Shown: positions 18,619 through 26,856, numbered from the stretch's first letter. The stretch is DNA of 64,000 nt from Mycobacteriales bacterium (GCA_035526225.1 DATLCV010000013.1:48022-112021), one strand, 5' to 3'. Program-made: numbers and translations. Notes: generated from the letters alone by a model not told the origin.

Positions 18619-18624
18619 TAGGCT
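18619..18624 (+). promoter_or_regulatory. -10-like box TAGGCT 6 nt upstream of the crtI GTG
   Basis: A TANNNT hexamer immediately upstream of the start, with no room for an RBS. Suggests a leaderless crtI transcript. Confidence 0.3.
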
Positions 18625-18630
18625 CGACCG

Positions 18631-20097
18631 GTGCGCACCGTGCCCGGCCCGACTGATCGCGTGGTCGTGGTGGGCGCCGGGCTGGGAGGCCTGTCGGCCG
18701 CGCTGCGCCTGGTCGCGGCGGGCCGCGAGGTCACCGTCCTGGAGCGCGGTCCGCACCCGGGAGGACGGGCTGGGCTGCTCGAGCTCGACGGCTACTCCTT
18801 CGACACGGGACCGACCGTGCTCACCATGCCGGACCTCATCGCCGACGCGCTCGGCTGCGTGGGCGAGGAGCTGGCGGACTGGCTCGACCTGCGACCGCTC
18901 CACCCCGTCTACCGGGCCTTCTTCCCCGACGGGTCGTCGCTCGACGTCCTCTCCGACCCCGGCGCCATGGCCGAGGAGGTCCGCCGCGTCTGCGGCCCGG
19001 AGGAGGCCCGGGGCTACGAGCGATTCGTCCGCTTCGCCGCCCGGTTGTACCGGTACGAGCGCCAGGACTTCATCGACCGCAACACCGACTCGCCCGTGGA
19101 CCTGCTCACCCCCAACCTCGCCCGGCTCGCGGCAGTGGGTGGCTTCCGGCGCCTGGCGCCGGCGGTGTCGTCGTACCTGAAGGACCCGCGCACGCAGCGG
19201 GTCTTCTCCTTCCAGTCGCTGTACGCCGGTGTCTCGCCCTTCGAGGCGCTCGCGCTGTACGCCGTGATCGCCTACATGGATGCCGTCAGCGGCGTGGTGG
19301 CTCCCGTCGGCGGGATGCACGCGGTGCCGCGCGCCCTGGCCGCTGCCGCCGAGAAGCACGGGGCGACCCTGCGGTACGGCGAGACCGTGACCCGCGTCGT
19401 CGTCCAGCACGGGCGGGCAGTAGGCGTCGAGACCGCCGCCGGGGAGCGCATCGCCGCCGACGTGGTGGTGCTCAACCCCGACCTGCCCGCGGCGCTCGAC
19501 CTGCTCCCGCCGCGACGGCGACGACGGCTCCGGTCCTCCCCCAGCTGCTTCCTGCTCCTCGCCGGGTCACGGCAGGACTACACACGGACCGCGCACCACA
19601 ACCTGCACTTCGGGCGCGAGTGGCGCGGTGTCTTCCGCGACCTCACGCGGCGCGGGCGACTGATGGCCGACCCGTCCCTGCTGGTCACCTCAGCCACGAA
19701 GACCGACCCCACGCTCGCCCCAGCGGGCCGGCACAGCTGGTCGGTGCTCGCGCCGACACCGAACCAGACCTCCGGCATCGACTGGGAGGTGGTGGGACCG
19801 CGGTACCGCGAGGAGCTGCTGCACCGGCTGGACGGCCTGGGCTACAGGGGCTTCGGGCACGCGATGGAGGTCGAGCACGTGACGACCCCGCTCGACTGGG
19901 AGCGGCAGGGCCTGGTCGACGGCACGCCCTTCTCGTTCGCGCACACCCTGCGCCAGACGGGGCCCTTCCGCCCGGGCAACCTCGTGCCCGGGGTCGAGGG
20001 CGTCGTCCTCACCGGCACAGGAACGCGCCCGGGGGTCGGGGTGCCCATGGTGCTGCTGTCGGGACGGCTCGCGGCCGAACGGGTCGTGGGTCGATGA
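18631..20097 (+). CDS. crtI: phytoene desaturase
   Basis: VVVVGAGLGGLSAALRL FAD fold, DTGPTVLTMP, SLYAGVSP, C-terminal VLTGTGTRPGVGVPMV. Confidence 0.95.
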   Translation: MRTVPGPTDRVVVVGAGLGGLSAALRLVAAGREVTVLERGPHPGGRAGLLELDGYSFDTGPTVLTMPDLIADALGCVGEELADWLDLRPLHPVYRAFFPDGSSLDVLSDPGAMAEEVRRVCGPEEARGYERFVRFAARLYRYERQDFIDRNTDSPVDLLTPNLARLAAVGGFRRLAPAVSSYLKDPRTQRVFSFQSLYAGVSPFEALALYAVIAYMDAVSGVVAPVGGMHAVPRALAAAAEKHGATLRYGETVTRVVVQHGRAVGVETAAGERIAADVVVLNPDLPAALDLLPPRRRRRLRSSPSCFLLLAGSRQDYTRTAHHNLHFGREWRGVFRDLTRRGRLMADPSLLVTSATKTDPTLAPAGRHSWSVLAPTPNQTSGIDWEVVGPRYREELLHRLDGLGYRGFGHAMEVEHVTTPLDWERQGLVDGTPFSFAHTLRQTGPFRPGNLVPGVEGVVLTGTGTRPGVGVPMVLLSGRLAAERVVGR

Positions 20098-21569
20098 CCT
20101 CCCGCCACGTCGTCCCCCGCCGGCTGCTGGCACTGGGTTTCCTGGGCACGGCCCTGCTGGCGTTCGGCGGTATCGGCGTCGGTGCGAACGCCGGCGCGAC
20201 ACCCGCGCTCAAGGACGCCGTCGCCGAGCTGCTTCATCTCAACTGGCTGCAGGACGCCGCAGCAGGCCGCTCCATCTCGCTCACCATCGCCCTCGCCGGT
20301 CTCGGCCTGATCACCGCGGCGTGGTGGCGGCTTCGACACGTGCTGGATCGGGTGCAGCCCGGGACGATCCTGCTCATCACGGGGCTGTGGACCCTGCCGC
20401 TGCTCATCGGCCCGCCGCTGTTCAGCCGGGACGTCTACGCGTACGCCGGGCAGGGGAACCTCGTCGCCGGGGGCATCGACCCCTACGAGTACGGCCCGGG
20501 TGCGCTGGTCGGCAAGTGGGCCTACGGCGTCGACAGCGCCTGGCGCTTCTCCCCCTCGCCGTACGGGCCGGTGTGGCTGTGGCTCTCCGGGCAGTGCGTC
20601 GCGCTCTCCCACAACCACGTCGTCCCGGCGGTCTTCATGCTGCGCGGCCTGGCGGTGCTGGGCCTGCTGATGGTGGCGTGGGCGCTGCCGCGGCTCGCCA
20701 GGGCGCATGGCGTGCTGCCGCAGCGAGCGCTGTGGCTCGGGCTCGCGAACCCCTTCGTGCTGGTCCACGGCATCGGCGGAGCCCACAACGACGCGCTGAT
20801 GATCGGGCTGCTCATGGCCGGGCTGGCCGTCGTGACGGGTCGTCCCACCGCGCCGCGCCTCGCGGTGGCTGCGGTGCTGATCACCGTGGCTGCCCTGGTG
20901 AAGCTCCCGGCCATCGCCGCGCTGGGCTTCCTGCCGATGCTGCACCCCGGCTGGCGGCTGCGCGTGCGCACAGCGCTCCTCGTCACCTCGGTGTCCGCCG
21001 CCACAGGCGTGCTCGTCACCTGGTGGACCGGGCTGGGCTGGGGCTGGGTCCACACGCTCGGCACCGGCAGCGCCCGGCTGTCGATCTTCTCGCCCGTGAC
21101 CGGCATCGGCGTGCTGGTCGACCACGCGCTGCGCTGGCTCGGGGTCGTGGAGACGCCCGGCGAGGTGACCCGGTGGGTCTTCGCGCTGTCCTTCGGGATC
21201 GCCGGGCTCGTGGCCCTGACGCTCCTGCTGCGCGCGCACCACCTCGGGGCGATGCGGGCGCTGGGCCTCGCCATGGTCGCCGTCGTCGCGCTCGCTCCTG
21301 TCGTGCAGCCGTGGTACCTGCTGTGGGGCCTCGTGCTGCTCGCGGCGGTGGGCGGGGAGCGCGTGCTGCTCGCCCTCGGCGCCCTGTCGGTCGTGCTGTG
21401 CCTGACCCTGCTCCCCAACGGACGCAGCCTCGTCCGGCCGCCGTTCTACGGCGTTCCGCTCGTGGCCGCGGTCGGCTTCGCGGTGTACGAGGTGCGCCGC
21501 TCGGCGCGGCAGGTGCTCGAGGAGGCCGAGGCAGATGCCGCCGCGGTTGCCCCGGTGGTCCTGACCTGA
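20094..21569 (+). CDS. GT-C family polyprenol-phosphate-mannose-dependent mannosyltransferase-like membrane protein (MptA/MptB-like)
   Basis: About 12 TM segments. First loop FSRDVYAYAGQGNLVAGGIDPYEYGP and SPYGPVWLWLSG resemble mycobacterial Mpt mannosyltransferases. ATGA overlap with crtI, and TGATG overlap with crtB. Confidence 0.8.
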   Translation: MTSRHVVPRRLLALGFLGTALLAFGGIGVGANAGATPALKDAVAELLHLNWLQDAAAGRSISLTIALAGLGLITAAWWRLRHVLDRVQPGTILLITGLWTLPLLIGPPLFSRDVYAYAGQGNLVAGGIDPYEYGPGALVGKWAYGVDSAWRFSPSPYGPVWLWLSGQCVALSHNHVVPAVFMLRGLAVLGLLMVAWALPRLARAHGVLPQRALWLGLANPFVLVHGIGGAHNDALMIGLLMAGLAVVTGRPTAPRLAVAAVLITVAALVKLPAIAALGFLPMLHPGWRLRVRTALLVTSVSAATGVLVTWWTGLGWGWVHTLGTGSARLSIFSPVTGIGVLVDHALRWLGVVETPGEVTRWVFALSFGIAGLVALTLLLRAHHLGAMRALGLAMVAVVALAPVVQPWYLLWGLVLLAAVGGERVLLALGALSVVLCLTLLPNGRSLVRPPFYGVPLVAAVGFAVYEVRRSARQVLEEAEADAAAVAPVVLT

Positions 21570-22405
21570 TGCTCGCCACCTCCTACGAGGCCTGCCGCCG
21601 GCTGCACGCCCAGCACGGCCGCAGCTACTACCTCGCGACACGACTGCTCCCGGCCGCGACGCGTCCCTCGGTCCACGCGCTCTACGGCTTCGCACGCGCG
21701 GCAGATGAGGTTGTCGACGGCGCCTCGACGTTGACCCCGGCGCAGAAGGCGGGCGAGCTGGCCCGGCTCGGGGCAGCCGTCCGTGACGGGGACCCGGCCG
21801 TGCCGGTCGCACCCGCCGTCCACGACACGGTGGTCCGGCACCGCATCCCGCTGGAGACGGTGGATGCCTTCCTCTCCTCGATGCTGGCCGACCTCACGGT
21901 GACCCGCTACGCCACCTACGACGACCTCGTCGCCTACGCGCACGGCTCTGCTTCCGTCGTGGGCGTGCAGCTGACCCACGTGTTCGGCACGGTGGTCCCC
22001 GTCGAGCTGGCCTCGCCGTACGCGGTCGAGCTGGGGCTGGCGATGCAGCTCACCAACGTGCTGCGGGACGTCGGGGAGGACCTCGCCCGCGGCCGCGTCT
22101 ACCTGCCGCTGGAGGACCTCGACCGCTTCGGCGTCACCGTCGAGCAGCTGCACGACGGGCGGGTCGACGAGCGGTTCCGCTCCCTGATGCGCTTCGAGGT
22201 GGCTCGGACCCGTGGGCTCTACGCCACCGCCGTCCAGGGCATCCGCCTGCTCCATCCCGCCGCCCGCCCCACCGTCGAGGCCGCCACGCGCCTGTACGCC
22301 GGGATCCTCGGCGCGGTGGAGCGCGCCGACTACCGGGTGCTGGACCGGCGGGTCTGCGTCTCGCCGGTGCGCCGGGCCGCGCTGCTCGTGCCGCCCCGGC
22401 GCTGA
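21569..22405 (+). CDS. crtB: phytoene synthase
   Basis: SYYLATRLLP, YGFARAADEVVD, YAHGSASVVG, NVLRDVGEDLARGRVYLP motifs. Confidence 0.95.
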   Translation: MLATSYEACRRLHAQHGRSYYLATRLLPAATRPSVHALYGFARAADEVVDGASTLTPAQKAGELARLGAAVRDGDPAVPVAPAVHDTVVRHRIPLETVDAFLSSMLADLTVTRYATYDDLVAYAHGSASVVGVQLTHVFGTVVPVELASPYAVELGLAMQLTNVLRDVGEDLARGRVYLPLEDLDRFGVTVEQLHDGRVDERFRSLMRFEVARTRGLYATAVQGIRLLHPAARPTVEAATRLYAGILGAVERADYRVLDRRVCVSPVRRAALLVPPRR

Positions 22406-22686
22406 CCAGCCCGGTCCCACCACGCGAGTGTCTGCAGCACCAGCGCGAACCCGAACAGCAGGTCCTCGACAGGCGCGAAGACCAGCCGCGGGCCCAGCAC
22501 CGCTGCGTCGTCGTAGGTCACCGTGCCCGTGCCGGTCAGGACCCCGTTCGTCACCAGCTGGAAGACCAGCACGATCCCGTACGCCGTCCAGAAGTCCTTG
22601 TCCCGCAGCAGCTTCGTGCGCAGGGCGACCAGGTCGAGCACGATGGAGGCGAGGACCGCGAGCACGGCTGCGGTGGTGTAGCTCAT
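22330..22686 (-). CDS. lycopene cyclase domain protein (heterodimeric cyclase subunit, CrtYd-like)
   Basis: Small 3-TM protein with ...FAPVEDLLFGFALV... (PxE(E/D) cyclase motif). ATGA overlap with the partner gene. The Arg-rich tail overlaps the crtB 3-prime end. Confidence 0.8.
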   Translation of the reverse strand: MSYTTAAVLAVLASIVLDLVALRTKLLRDKDFWTAYGIVLVFQLVTNGVLTGTGTVTYDDAAVLGPRLVFAPVEDLLFGFALVLQTLAWWDRAGQRRGGTSSAARRTGETQTRRSSTR

Positions 22687-22979
22687 CGGCCGCGCACCCG
22701 TCGTACGGCCTCGAGAGCGAGCACGGCGCACGTCGGCACCACGAGGAAGAACGCGACCTCCTCGAGCGGGAGCACGCCGACCGTCGCCAGCACCTGGTCC
22801 GGGTCGAAGGACCACTGCCCGGCGCGGGTCGCCAGCACGTCCCAGCTCAGGAACACCACGAGCACCGGGAGCAGCGCGAGCAGCAGCCGCCGCCACGACC
22901 GGTAGACCCGTACGCCGAGGACCAGCTCGAGCGGCAGCGTGCCCAGGAAGCAGCCGAGCAGGACCAGGGCGTATGTCAC
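22683..22979 (-). CDS. lycopene cyclase domain protein (heterodimeric cyclase subunit, CrtYc-like)
   Basis: 98 aa, 3 TM, motif [18 protein letters not shown] 22979 overlaps the thiE stop (GTGA). Confidence 0.8.
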   Translation of the reverse strand: MTYALVLLGCFLGTLPLELVLGVRVYRSWRRLLLALLPVLVVFLSWDVLATRAGQWSFDPDQVLATVGVLPLEEVAFFLVVPTCAVLALEAVRRVRGR

Positions 22980-23614
22980 AGCCGTGACCGCAGGGCGACT
23001 GCAGCCGCGTGCGGGTCGACGGCCTCGGTGAGGACGCGGACGACCACCACGCGGGTCGCGCCGGCGTCCAGGACGGCGTCGAGGTTGCTCAGGTCGATGC
23101 CGCCGATCGCGAACCACGGCCGGTCGGTGCCCAGCCCCGCGGCGTGCCGCACGAGCTCCAGCCCCGCAGCCGGACGGCCGGGCTTGGTGGGCGTCTCCCA
23201 CGTCGGCCCCACGCAGAAGTAGTCGACGCCGGGCTCCGTGGCTGCAGCCGACGCCTGCGCGGGGTCGTGCGTGGAACGTCCCACCAGCACGTCGTCACCG
23301 ACGATCCTGCGCGCTGCGGGGACGGGCAGGTCGTCCTGCCCGAGGTGCAGGAGGTCGGCGCCGCTCACGAGGGCCACGTCCGCGCGGTCGTTGACCGACC
23401 ACAGGGCACCGTGCCGCTCGGCCGCCGCGCGGACGGTCTCGAGGACGTCGAGCTCGCGACGCGCCTCGATGCCCTTCTCACGCAGCTGCACGACGTCGAC
23501 GCCGCCGCTGAGGACGGCGTCGAGGAACGCGGCCAGGTCGGGCCGGTCGGGCGTGCACAGGTACAGCCGCGCGTCGGCGAACCGGCGCCGGCGGTCGGAC
23601 GGATCGCTAGCCAC
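22976..23614 (-). CDS. thiE: thiamine-phosphate synthase
   Basis: LYLCTP..., [29 protein letters not shown] motifs of ThiE. Confidence 0.9.
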   Translation of the reverse strand: MASDPSDRRRRFADARLYLCTPDRPDLAAFLDAVLSGGVDVVQLREKGIEARRELDVLETVRAAAERHGALWSVNDRADVALVSGADLLHLGQDDLPVPAARRIVGDDVLVGRSTHDPAQASAAATEPGVDYFCVGPTWETPTKPGRPAAGLELVRHAAGLGTDRPWFAIGGIDLSNLDAVLDAGATRVVVVRVLTEAVDPHAAAVALRSRL

Positions 23615-23807
23615 CGGCGACCGCCCGCACCAGCTCGAGCACGTCGCCGTCGGACAGCGAGGTGGTCACCACCTCGGACCGGAGCAGCGCCGTCCCGTTG
23701 CGCTCGACGACCACGGCCCCGACATGAAGGCCGAGCTCCTCCACCAGCGCGACGAGGGTGCAGCCCTCGGCGACCTCGCGGGGCGTGCCGTTGACCGTGA
23801 CCCGCAT
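23607..23807 (-). CDS. thiS: sulfur carrier protein ThiS
   Basis: 66 aa: MRVTVNG...VERNG...[16 protein letters not shown], with the C-terminal Gly-Gly. Confidence 0.85.
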   Translation of the reverse strand: MRVTVNGTPREVAEGCTLVALVEELGLHVGAVVVERNGTALLRSEVVTTSLSDGDVLELVRAVAGG

Positions 23808-24133
23808 CAGAACGCCAGCGCCTGGGCCCTGCGCTTGACCTCGGTGGCGCGGTTCTCGTGCAGGGCCTGCAAGGGGGTGCCGGGCAGGCTGTCGTCGGCC
23901 GTCGTCAGCCAGGCGTAGGACTGCTCGGGCGTGTACCCCGCGTCGTGGAGCAGCGTCAGCACCCCGCCGAGGTGCTTGACCGGCTCCTCACCGTCGAGGG
24001 CGTCCTCGGGGATCTGGACCCCCTCGTCGGTCCGCACGGCCAGCAGCTTGTGGTCCTTGACCAGCTGCTTGACCCCCACGACCCCGATCCCCATCCGACG
24101 GGCGGCGTCGGTGAGGGAGAGCATCTGCGTCAT
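23807..24133 (-). CDS. Rv2175c-like DNA-binding protein (winged-helix/excisionase-type HTH)
   Basis: The C-terminal half LTLLHDAGYT...LHENRATEVKRRAQALAF matches the M. tuberculosis Rv2175c tail (...LTILHDGGY...HAHQAREVVRRAQAMAY) from memory. ATG 24133 is preferred over track GTG 24139. The stop shares one base with the thiS ATG. Confidence 0.85.
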   Translation of the reverse strand: MTQMLSLTDAARRMGIGVVGVKQLVKDHKLLAVRTDEGVQIPEDALDGEEPVKHLGGVLTLLHDAGYTPEQSYAWLTTADDSLPGTPLQALHENRATEVKRRAQALAF

Positions 24134-24140
24134 GCGCACA

Positions 24141-24164
24141 ACCCTAGTTGCGAGGTTCTAGGGT
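24141..24164. promoter_or_regulatory. palindromic pair of back-to-back -10-like boxes (TAGGGT on each strand) / candidate operator
   Basis: CCCTAG-N10-CTAGGG. Each strand reads TAGGGT exactly 7 nt upstream of an in-frame start (ATG 24133 minus strand, GTG 24172 plus strand). Confidence 0.4.
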
Positions 24165-24171
24165 GCTGCTC

Positions 24172-24609
24172 GTGACCGAACCCCTCATGCCGCCCGCCGA
24201 TCCCGAGCTGCCAGCCCTCGAGGAGGGGAACGACCTGACCTGGTCGCACCCCTCGACGCTCGGCCTGACCGCGCTGGTGGTGTCCAGTCTGCTGCTCATC
24301 ACCACGGGTGTGCTCACCGGTCGCGCCTACGCCGCCGGGCTGCTCCCCGGCTCGGGCGGAGACGGGGGAGGTCTCGAGAACGAGTACAGGAACTACGCGC
24401 TCGTCTCGAGCCTGATGTCGGCGCTGTTCTTCGTGGTCCCGCTCTACCTCGCCCGCAAGGCGCTCGACCAGCTCGTCCCCGCCGACGGCGCCTGGAGCGG
24501 GCACATCGTGCGCGCCGCGACGCTCATCAGCGGCCTCGGCCTTCTGCTGGGCCTCGCGCGGTTGCTCGTCGTCGCCGTGAGCGACCCGAGCAGCGCCCAG
24601 CTCTTCTAG
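24172..24609 (+). CDS. hypothetical membrane protein
   Basis: Three predicted TM stretches. Start chosen at in-frame GTG 24172, 7 nt after a TAGGGT box. The track start is TTG 24148. Confidence 0.5.
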   Translation: MTEPLMPPADPELPALEEGNDLTWSHPSTLGLTALVVSSLLLITTGVLTGRAYAAGLLPGSGGDGGGLENEYRNYALVSSLMSALFFVVPLYLARKALDQLVPADGAWSGHIVRAATLISGLGLLLGLARLLVVAVSDPSSAQLF

Positions 24610-24653
24610 CTCCCCGCCCGGTCCGCCGGCGACCCGTAGGCGAGGATTGCACG

Positions 24654-25742
24654 GTGATCGTGCTGATGGGCTCCGGCGAGACCAGCCCGACGATGGTGGA
24701 GCTCCACAAGTCCCTGGTGAGGACCGCTGGGCGGGTCACCGTGCTGGACACGCCGTACGGGTTCCAGGAGAACGCCGACGAGCTCACCGCCAAGGCCGTG
24801 GCCTACTTCGCCGACAGCGTCGGCGTGGGCGCCGACGTGGTCTCGCTCCGCTCGGCCGACCTGCCGGCCGCGGAGGTGGGCCGGGCGCTGAACGCCCTCG
24901 CTGCTTCGCGGTACGTGTTCGCCGGGCCCGGCTCGCCGACGTACGCGCTGCGGCAGTGGCGCGCGGTCGGCCTGGGAGACGTCCTGGCCGGGGTGGTGCT
25001 GGCCGGCGGAGTGGTGGTGCTGGCGAGCGCGGCCGCCGTCACCGCCGGGGAGGCCTCGATCCCCGTGTACGAGGTCTACAAGGTGGGCCTCGCGCCGTAC
25101 TGGGAGGAGGGCCTCGACGTGCTCGGCCGGCTGGGGCTGCGCGCGGCGGTCGTCCCGCACTTCGACAACAGGGAGGGCGGCACCCACGACACCTCGTGCT
25201 GCTGGATCGGCCGCCGTCGCCTCGACGTGCTGCGGGTCGCGGCGCCCGACCTGCCTGTGATCGGCATCGACGAGCACACGGCGCTGGTGCTCGACCCCGC
25301 CACCGGGCTCGCCGAGGTGCACGGGCAGGGCGGCGTGCACCTGCTCGTCGGCGACGCCGAGGCGCACCACGTCGAGGGGTCCTCCTTCGACCTCCGGAGC
25401 GCGGTCGCCGGGGGCGCCCCGGTGACCCTGGCGGCACCGGGCCGCACGGCGGCCCCAGGCATCGCCGACGCGGTCGCCGCGCAGGACCCCGCCGCTGTGC
25501 TTGCCGCGCTGTCCGCCAAGGAGGACGTGGCCACCGCCACCGCGCTGGCCGCGTTGGAACCGGTGCTGCGCCGTGGCTGGGCCGAGCCGGACGTGTCCCT
25601 GCTCCTGGCGGCCCGGAGCAGGGCCCGCGAGGACAAGCAGTGGACGCTGTCGGACCTGCTGCGAGACGGGCTGGCGGCCCTCGGCGTTGTCGTGGAGGAC
25701 ACCCCAGAGGGCCAGCGCGTCCGCCGCGACGGCACAGCCTGA
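24654..25742 (+). CDS. peptidase-S51/cyanophycinase-like hydrolase domain protein with CysRS-C-terminal-like tail
   Basis: The N-terminus has [17 protein letters not shown] (GxSAGA-like Ser) and [11 protein letters not shown] (His motif). The C-terminus [40 protein letters not shown] resembles the extreme C-terminus of cysteinyl-tRNA synthetases. Confidence 0.7.
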   Translation: MIVLMGSGETSPTMVELHKSLVRTAGRVTVLDTPYGFQENADELTAKAVAYFADSVGVGADVVSLRSADLPAAEVGRALNALAASRYVFAGPGSPTYALRQWRAVGLGDVLAGVVLAGGVVVLASAAAVTAGEASIPVYEVYKVGLAPYWEEGLDVLGRLGLRAAVVPHFDNREGGTHDTSCCWIGRRRLDVLRVAAPDLPVIGIDEHTALVLDPATGLAEVHGQGGVHLLVGDAEAHHVEGSSFDLRSAVAGGAPVTLAAPGRTAAPGIADAVAAQDPAAVLAALSAKEDVATATALAALEPVLRRGWAEPDVSLLLAARSRAREDKQWTLSDLLRDGLAALGVVVEDTPEGQRVRRDGTA

Positions 25743-25767
25743 CGCGAAGGCTTAGGTTGATGCGAGA

Positions 25768-25794
25768 GGCCGGGCCCGCACCGCGGACCCGGCC
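25768..25794 (+). terminator. possible stem-loop terminator after the S51-like gene
   Basis: GGCCGGG c CCGC acc GCGG a CCCGGCC, 26 nt after the stop. No U-tract. Confidence 0.35.
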
Positions 25795-25979
25795 CTCGTG
25801 GCTCCGCGCTCCCCCCTCAGGAGCACGGGACCGTCGACCGCGCTCTGGCGACCGCAGTCACCCTTGCTGTCGGCAGCGCACGCGCACTCGCGTTGACCCA
25901 AAGGGACCATCTCGCGCTGGCCCGACCACTCACCCTGTTGATAGCGGTGTGAGGTCCCGAACCTGGGTACCGTGACGAA

Positions 25980-26843
25980 GTGGAACGTCACGGGCGCGCC
26001 GCCCCTCCCAGCACTCTGGAGCTGCGGCGTGGCGTGCTCGGGGTCTCCGTGCTCCACGACCTCGACATCGAGCCCAACCGGCAGGGCGTGCGCCTCACCG
26101 GCACGCCCAGGGTGTTCGTGTCCTGGGTGGAGTGCCGACGTGCGCTGGACGGCCTCCATCCCGAGACCGACGCAGGCCGGGCGCGGCTGGCGCGCTGGCT
26201 GCAGGCGCGGCGCTGGATCGCCGACCGCTCCCGGCTGGAGCTGGTCGAGCGCGTGCGCCCGGTGGGCCTGCCCCACGACCACGGCCTGCACCCCGGACCT
26301 GGCTGGGCGCGCACCCACGTGCTCGGGGACGCCCTCGATCTCGGGCTGGGCTTCGTCGACCTCGACCCGGCCGATCCCGACCGGGTCGTGCTGGCCCCGC
26401 CGTCAGCCCTCGAGGCTGCCGGGATCGACGCCTCCGTGCTGTGGTGCCACGCACGCGAGGAGCTCGAGCGCCTCGGTTCCCTGGCCGCCTCCCGCCTCGG
26501 CACCGACCGCCGGGGCACGATCCGGCCGCTGGGCGACTGCGACGTCGTGACGCTGCTCGGCGCGCGGACCCTGCGGGCCGCCATCGCCACGGCGTCCGGT
26601 GGCCTCGGCAACGTCGTCGCTCCGATGCTGCGCCGGGGCTGGACGCAGCTCGCCCTGGTCGACCCGGCCTTCGGACCGGCAGCCTGGGAGGCCACCACGC
26701 CGCTCGAGCGGGGCTTCCCGCGGCCCCTCCTCGTCACGCGCGACGAGCTCGTGATGGCGTCCGCCGGCGGCCGCCCGGAGGACCTCGCACTGCGCGACGC
26801 GGTGTCGTCGGTCACCTGGGACCGCGACGTCCTCTACCGCTGA
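25980..26843 (+). CDS. hypothetical protein
   Basis: 287 aa ORF with coding-like composition. No recognised domain, and the start is uncertain. Confidence 0.55.
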   Translation: MERHGRAAPPSTLELRRGVLGVSVLHDLDIEPNRQGVRLTGTPRVFVSWVECRRALDGLHPETDAGRARLARWLQARRWIADRSRLELVERVRPVGLPHDHGLHPGPGWARTHVLGDALDLGLGFVDLDPADPDRVVLAPPSALEAAGIDASVLWCHAREELERLGSLAASRLGTDRRGTIRPLGDCDVVTLLGARTLRAAIATASGGLGNVVAPMLRRGWTQLALVDPAFGPAAWEATTPLERGFPRPLLVTRDELVMASAGGRPEDLALRDAVSSVTWDRDVLYR

Positions 26844-26856
26844 CCGATAATGGGAC

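Noticed and set aside
19842-21812. 656 aa minus-strand ORF antisense to crtI, the GT-C gene and crtB.
   Set aside because: Same reasoning as above. The plus-strand genes carry clear CrtI, GT-C and CrtB motifs, and the antisense product is low-complexity Arg/Pro/Gly.
23808-24300. Searched for a TPP riboswitch upstream of thiS/thiE.
   Set aside because: thiS starts on the last base of the upstream gene's stop codon. The region upstream of that gene is under 40 nt of promoter-like sequence. There is no CUGAGA / ACCUGAUCUGGAUAAUGCCAGCG-like core that I could see.
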